In this document: positions 27,201 through 28,978 of the stretch, in pieces | Layout: every line of letters begins with the position of its first letter | Position numbering within the stretch: the first letter of the stretch is position 1 | IMG/VR virus record: IMGVR_UViG_3300039208_000165 | Location: 66,356-95,333 of that record | Length of the DNA stretch: 28,978 nucleotides | Source: a virus | Direction: 5' to 3' (one strand) | Made by a program: the position numbers and the translations under genes | Notes under the pieces: model-generated | Databases searched by the model: none | Seen by the model: the letters and a program-made list of their open reading frames with translations, nothing else | Told to the model about the DNA's origin: nothing

Positions 27201-28977
27201 CAAACTGCTTCGTAATATCGTCTGGACTGAATAGGCCGGTCTCTGCAATAAATCCACCGCGCTGTCCAGCAGCCTGTCCCATACCGGGAACAAACATGTC
27301 CTCGAAACCACCACCACGGGCAGGCATCCTCATGGCAAAAGGATCGGCCATCTTTGCCTTGTCCGAAAGGGTACCGGCTGTAAGCTCAGGGTCATGCATT
27401 CCTGCCGGAAGAATAGCGAAATCCTCCGGGTTCATCTGCTGAAGACCCTTGGTCACCTGATCACTAGCACCAGTAAGGTGGAGGAGAGCGTTGAAATAAT
27501 CCTTCTGCTTCTCGATAACTAGGTTGTGACTTCTCTCCTGAGCGGCCATGGCCTGGGAGAGAGTTTCAGTTCTCATTCCCAAGGCCTGAATGGCAATAGG
27601 ATCTAGGAACCTCTCGTCAGTCTTAGCCTCACCGGTCTGACCTTCCTTCTCCATTCGGAACCAAGAAAGTCTTCCTGTCAGAGCCTTACCAACACCTGCA
27701 CCGGCCAGCGCACCTGAAGTGGCCTTGAAGGCTGCATTAGGATCTAGACCCAGCTCGGAAGCTGTAGACTGTACGGCCTCCAGCATCTCCGAACCGTTCT
27801 TCATAGCCGCTGTAATCTTATCAAAAATGTACTGAGCGGCGTGCTTCCCGCCGTCAGACATACTGGTAGAGATCATTGCAATTAGGTCTTGCAAATCACC
27901 TCTCTTCATGAATCCTTCAAGACTGGCCACAGCCTGGGTACCCTTAGGGGCACCTAACTGATCCGTAATATAGTCATCCGGAACTACCTTCATAATACCC
28001 TTATGTCCAGGACGGGTACTTACCTTAGCTCCAGAAATAGCCTCGTTAAACTCATCAAAGCTAATCTTGACCATCTTGACGCCGTTGCTGAATACTTCCT
28101 TAAACTCAGTAATAACAGCACCGCTACCCTTAAGATCCATAGCAACGTTTCTGCCCTGAGCATCAACGCCCATAGTCTGGCCTTGCTGAAGACTCATACC
28201 CTCTACAAGACTCTCATCCCGCTCCTTAACCATAATGGAGCGAACCTTAGACATACCCATTTCCTTAGCGGCAGAAAGAGCAATAAGAATCTGATCTTCA
28301 AGGACCTCAGGAACCTGCTTGAAGGAAACAGCAGCAGTTACTAGGTTCTTAGCAGCGGCAGCAAACATGCCGTCAGCGTAAGCAATCTGCTCTAGGGCAG
28401 ACTTAATCTCCGGCATTTCTCCATGGGTAATCTTGGCAGCGCTCTTGAGATAAAGAGAACGGGCCTGCTTACCAAAACCAGGGCCTCCAGGCTGAATACC
28501 CTGAATATTCCTAGTCTGTACCTTACCCTCAATCATTCCTTCAAACTTACCATCTACCTTTTCCAAAGCGATGGCCAGGCCGGCTGCGGCTTCCTCAGTC
28601 AAACCTAGGAGAGAAACTACATCTAGACCTGACTTCTTAAAGTCCTCAGAAGACTTAGCAAGCTTGTGAAGAATGGCTTCAACTTCAGCAATACGGGCAG
28701 CTTCAGAGCCGGTTCCCTTCTTGTGGGACATGATCTTAGCAGCCTGCTGCTGATTGGGATGAAAGACAAGCTGGGACTCACCACCCCTAATAAACTGACC
28801 CATGGACTGGTGCTTCTCATACTTCTGAGAGTCGCCGAATACCCGCTTTCTAATAAGCTCTCGAAGCTGGGTCTCGGCTGCCTGAGGACGTCGTCTTGCT
28901 TGGGCAGCAATCTGCTTAAGTTCATCCTCAACGCCCTGGAGATTATGGGTGATGCGATCCATTCTGGTAACCGCGGT
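15232..28977 (-). CDS. Giant (>4581 aa, 5'-truncated) tail tape-measure protein fused to a two-barrel RNA polymerase, a zincin metallopeptidase and a GNAT acetyltransferase
   Basis: The frame remains open upstream of the ATG at 28962 to the window edge (ACC GCG GTT ACC AGA ATG), so the real start is probably outside. It contains a TP901-type TMP core (~22030-22830), RNAP motifs (28294-28350, 27997-28032, 26248-26259, 25951-25971), HERIH (24616-24630) and RGQGIG (17497-17514). Confidence 0.92.
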   Translation of the reverse strand, partial: TAVTRMDRITHNLQGVEDELKQIAAQARRRPQAAETQLRELIRKRVFGDSQKYEKHQSMGQFIRGGESQLVFHPNQQQAAKIMSHKKGTGSEAARIAEVEAILHKLAKSSEDFKKSGLDVVSLLGLTEEAAAGLAIALEKVDGKFEGMIEGKVQTRNIQGIQPGGPGFGKQARSLYLKSAAKITHGEMPEIKSALEQIAYADGMFAAAAKNLVTAAVSFKQVPEVLEDQILIALSAAKEMGMSKVRSIMVKERDESLVEGMSLQQGQTMGVDAQGRNVAMDLKGSGAVITEFKEVFSNGVKMVKISFDEFNEAISGAKVSTRPGHKGIMKVVPDDYITDQLGAPKGTQAVASLEGFMKRGDLQDLIAMISTSMSDGGKHAAQYIFDKITAAMKNGSEMLEAVQSTASELGLDPNAAFKATSGALAGAGVGKALTGRLSWFRMEKEGQTGEAKTDERFLDPIAIQALGMRTETLSQAMAAQERSHNLVIEKQKDYFNALLHLTGASDQVTKGLQQMNPEDFAILPAGMHDPELTAGTLSDKAKMADPFAMRMPARGGGFEDMFVPGMGQAAGQRGGFIAETGLFSPDDITKQFEKLRRQAVQIKASRGDLDPGTSRETAGEIAEFVNRQMQNQIQAITRSMKGGAETKSETKELIATFKQTFMPLINKMTQMGLMAENTRFTTKSGRIKDHSKMTPDEYVAASKGPVQQINKMRDLLGIRSSQGQSIGGAGALFDVNNIELLKEAMDRMGKSAGEDAQHMDKLWSRFEKLKEQLLGMYTAMGYGKESGRPSREEMRKVAQTRGSGISPAPYTKAVEFAVDVSTELKFVEDSLKSMAAAGKDVKGTLSALERIKSLQVSDDALPQDAVLLSKEDYANMVRMTQRLAKEKGKTLSQEEAKGQLSRGIMHRYPTTGGASFQIVKLLEDTMGRLPEGQIGIPGAFATSSTEDIQKVRAPLEELRASLMKTVRANDGQGDAAEAARARISELNKVLAGLTHSFDKAMMNLDFDGDSTTVHAALTKDAANEMMTVKEIMSAGGTSLQGAMRTLLGSLEGGKDWDFESLEGIQEAFRATVKRPDELKRALPMPVDENTARLEASALVGGKLSVGLLSDAFNILHSAIVSGAGKTDDAFATAMDHTMLNINKSLAAKHGTGDLSGPTEFVEDLRRGQTSKIFAGMDAGGGGLYGDMGKLNDKYRKQIEQQLVAQSPGKLLEEAIKRGILAEGAEIDSSNFNSVIDQLVDSMDLKSQIMLMWEKLRSNMKDALMKGGATATTAEHSIKQMLKPDEKGKIPGINLDDLVPESYRFTRKRHAEGLRAKDPMEQAADILRATMGEMAGKITKLEVEPDGIKAAGQTLSSKVEAWLNALQEMYGVIEDDLLRAEGLDPKRVTGLFDDRMGGPGAIMVSESTRQRPAEAAVEALKRLESGELQATPKLIGFITKALANLGQTVAHERIHQGSRQFRDSVDNISDALLGAEGPMGRARNQIMQLANQLQNVKIEHSKFEKLRSMDPSAAVTGMPEYAGMTAGQAAPKQGRKYFNLVAEEMMAHLASPERWQEIFGPLPAAVGSAIHKELNRMRQALPDMIDPIQDSIAGINTGIVEAYIEAIRNQGSSSASQVRGEAESRIGDIQWPGYQDFVQKTEALNLSQRALKEGRTERGLAHGETKGGKLVTAGALKFDFEGQFGDSVAAMRDVLKQMSQDLDPESLARLRDTFHNEAKIYREAIKSSGEQGAGRKGFQEYTRAVQEFQAHELQMYINRARKLQNAIAALRNAGQQDTTEFADVVEEFDNAMVQINAVLSRLRLPGAGAMSGIAATRGGGMTDAAGTLGIKPGEEQYKAVIERQTRQSEDFKPMGQSLDRIKDEIKAGMDSTQAWAEIWDELVQDPRIMADNMARIAEIMAEFKKLAKFEVGGEAEKSFEAIAKNARDAAKELERLGVRSGSDLAEAMGSSKVLQKAGTRGKGLAEAVEEQMENAKKRALQWQQEMNDILAAGFDIPGKHLQGGTIDIIDPKSQQVLKKFRLEGTKTGKTVTAALNDITTANQRMTGTMRSALRRVVQWGFATGVVYGTIRAFRQAADTITTVEDKITGLKKVMDTSVTNFARMQDGAVGFAKEFGVAIEDVLDGMVVYGQQGLKMGKIMERTRATMLAVNVTTMSSVNATEALTAAHKVFGDQVSTSTEFVDAWAAVAARHAITAEDLADAVKRSGAAAQVAGVGFEDFMGIVTAIGAVTRQTGKEIATSTKFMFRAMRRPTAQKALGEMGIQSMTPGGDFRSSLDILKQVAAGWDGMTRAQQVNLAQAMAGIRHYNSFIVLMNNFDEALLASADAANSQGFAMRKNRLAMQTFSKNMSVLRESVKGLAIELGKTLLPVGTGLIQLMTGMTKAVSSLPSGILTATTAIAGMGLAIHKTSDLLADSMDAFSTGEVDLPDGGRGGIMRKIGASASGISSGWSAASALDMGADAAELTRMGKAAFYAKKGLIGLGQKGGVALMQLGSVIPVVGAAVTKLGTALALGGAAAGGVVLAGIVATLGGLYYAYRQVTKSAADFEQEQEKAIGQSEDTASRLRAQISTADRLALSYVKVTKAAEGMSDNAKLQSALREGRFKSAAKAAQTYSDMLSEVSNSMAALDPSSVRGITETGDYVTGVDKNFQALTASALDARNAITMAMKTDVISEFAKELETPEGIIDNIAQGFLDFGDAITGGAFNLGESGGYDAASPLGKLADVRKEIQKVAEEMRKQESTGEYTLVNQDKMNRLVREEQELRQQTLGTAENMRRILESMPTFEDMGMAGERITPELFQNLSGAAAAGGFGRGSTGESVITQFMARQAGQGGIIDYKAAQSASLTAAAFHERGILGEGGAGAVTSGVSRNEIAILSKEAGEALAVGTRTMWADFDRVTGQVMYRYWDSTTQSMETLSGNAVQATIAGLESQSGNVATHFMRYAQKEVEAAADNTKKVLSMQFTGALAGVRVPAGGMPNLGPARNEELTVDQRVLKSMPVEMQKLANVQAEFNALTKEYSEEILSDVQGAYTRQAKSGQALKVMTQEILVLASKLQQEGFLLTVMGNYQKMQEQLAITLEQSAEAARDAARAEENRSKYLKTTSGALAGMGELPNLDLGKGLKELTSQERLARDVPGVAQFMRNVASTERQRGADVELLNEIEKQMAAFQDASEDMKEAGESMTAQQKERMVDAAMKGATPGELEMIRSLETETGEVQSILEGQTSLQEQMLEKLGVIAELSATADPNERAKIMAGHSYQEQTKAFSQVAGGAQLRDVLREVLKIRPTGKDGAFEAVGDGNPHQRIAEMMNAYAKLSKIEHGGGTGTASVGEGGFMGFGGDKKGYTRAADVHRDLQAALEETFSESAGLLEQMSAEMISRTSSGDFEAAARAAEIEQKNTNIAEYNATIAKKQQELEKKYGEAKKATIASLEQANRELAAKESFRIAVATETFAKSLEDISLDMEKAALLGESTKIKSAIDGVHAIVGQPGGRTDFENRRRELEQQGRNRPMSLSDMRARDQALADLDQEEKAAKIKEKQDVEIAALRQIQSQANQVREVLAGAALDPNLDEGTRKKAQDFLTTLNEELATSEQAQKKGRDGELFFKGIPSLDRLADFAKEMRTKAEGQAKKAAQDQQAAAVRQGTTHVAQAIQNTGDQQLAELRAIRQAFEALAKQRSGLTENPTASTAEQQALSNDLEARGWPRTRTEAQAAAAGAPSLQEARQNRANQAGMGGAGLLAAMGLRAKGAVDLPTDVIETKFGRVINTVQKIGDDLVVASSHLDGKLVGLQEFKVETASDGSKVLKGTHIKDAGVELPEHLRGQGIGSGRLAETMKWAQAEGFSEIRSTNSPLAEQTGAYRSAARRAGMDLSVSPRASDLGGGYMMDDLQDSALRVSLQDGPGPSAAEDVAKARAGNWRGMNDIEASQWEAMHNEPFRIQSAAQTAPQGPATAPGMGERFQNWRAGQAGAWTGSGWARAGKALGAAGVGFEAYQAANTMVGAESAQTPEELNKYGGQLTSQALGAGGVAALAAGGGAVAGPVGAIGGGLVGAAGMVADHFSGAGSLDYAGQWWNKKLGGVPGQIAQMGGKALMAPGNLAGDAADWWNTRGVDMGPGPTPAGEAPPAAAKPVAKDWDAIVAAKMAEAGPDVYSKQQLGGTMGNKFFASASSKRGYGGGTLISEGDLAGDGPINLNAYIDKMQRSREYHAGQTNIPAVGTTNSNLEMQRQARGQGNADNVPGGIVTNNNGAPGTQDTSAANRVNQQGGTGSDSSGTADAVESLSSAIESLNSKLDGLSELTLPDSLTSSIENIGSQVADAITGQSLSVEVTNEPSVTVSNLSDINTEGGDSALGADVLQLATAVSNLEGTSEIHTTQLTDHEGRITTNTALSTANQSALEALTTEVEGFDTGRIDTLATTQTAQEQRLAAVELESSTTAATVATTTADLATSRGEVTTLSETLEGIDARVTTAESNASDANILATEAKEEATEAKTTAENATTVAETATNNVSTLTDRLTALDQTIESNRQKVITEVGAVQTSVNQLTPRVTANERSIAEIRQLALTADQKAGQALGLAQKSS
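17280..17710 (-). other. Domain: GNAT-family acetyltransferase; boundaries approximate
   Basis: Motif A 'VELPEHLRGQGIGSGRLAETMKWAQAEGFSEI' has the acetyl-CoA-binding R/QxxGxG loop followed by a helix and strand, and is preceded by beta-strand-like sequence. Confidence 0.75.
22030..22830 (-). other. Domain: phage tail tape-measure core (TP901/PhageMin_Tail-like)
   Basis: 'EDKITGLKKVMD...FAKEFGVAIEDVLDGMVVYGQQG...VDAWAAVAARHAITAEDLADAVKRSGAAAQVAGVGFEDFMGIVTAIGAVTRQTGKEIATSTKFMF...GDFRSSLDILKQVAAGWDGMTRAQQVNLAQAMAGIRHYNSFIVLMNNF' follows the family pattern. Confidence 0.9.
24300..24830 (-). other. Domain: HExxH zincin-like metallopeptidase; boundaries approximate
   Basis: 'VTGLFDD...AIMVS' strands, then 'TVAHERIH' (24616-24630 for HERIH) and a downstream 'AEEMMAH' helix (24337-24354) that could supply the third ligand. 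Confidence 0.7.
25100..28977 (-). other. Domain: single-chain double-psi-beta-barrel (beta+beta'-like) DNA-dependent RNA polymerase; boundaries approximate
   Basis: Ordered matches to cellular RNAP: KNLVTA..VLEDQILI (beta GQNMRVA..NFEDSILV), NGVKMVKISF..GAKVSTRPGHKG (GVLKIVKVYL..GDKMAGRHGNKG), EGFMKRGDL (GVPSRMNI), ERFLDPIAIQALG (QRFGEMEVWALE), MHRYPT (beta' LNRAPT), NLDFDGDSTTVHAALTKDAANE ([22 protein letters not shown]). Confidence 0.9.
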
Positions 28978-28978
28978 T

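Noticed and set aside
205-28608. Numerous plus-strand ORFs of 60-298 aa (e.g. 8107..9003, 12963..13781, 23329..23973)
   Set aside because: All lie antisense to long, coherent minus-strand genes, lack recognisable motifs and have atypical composition. They are best explained as shadow ORFs.
28960-28962. ATG at 28962 as the true start of the giant protein
   Set aside because: The frame is open to the window edge and no RBS is visible in the 16 upstream bases, so the gene is probably 5'-truncated.
25100-28977. Interpretation as a cellular rpoB/rpoC locus
   Set aside because: The motifs are highly diverged and compacted, fused in frame to a tape-measure core, and surrounded by tail genes rather than ribosomal protein genes.
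1-28978. Stop-codon reassignment, CRISPR arrays, tRNA/rRNA genes, intrinsic terminators, IS elements
   Set aside because: Standard-code ORFs tile nearly the whole window with gaps of 51 bp or less. By eye I saw no repeat-spacer array, RNA gene, hairpin-plus-U-tract or transposase motif.

Overview
A gene-dense, co-oriented (all minus-strand) bacteriophage virion morphogenesis module, probably from a large tailed phage, using the standard code with strong AGGAGG-type RBSs and many TAATG stop/start overlaps. The right half is one giant ORF (15232..>28977, at least 4581 aa, open at the window edge). It reads as a multi-enzyme tail tape-measure protein with this order: a single-chain two-barrel RNA polymerase with beta-like then beta'-like motifs (ED, GxKxxxRxGxKG, RxP, NLDFDGD), an HExxH zincin metallopeptidase, a TP901-type tape-measure core with hydrophobic segments, a GNAT acetyltransferase, a glycine-rich hydrophobic segment and a C-terminal heptad coiled coil. 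Downstream (leftward) lie hub/spike-like and tube-like tail-tip genes, small Cys-rich proteins, and a run of Ig-like-domain and carbohydrate-binding-like surface proteins that includes a tandem paralog pair. A partial gene at 1..930 (TTG start) is missing from the ORF track. All homology calls come from motif recognition by eye, not database searches.
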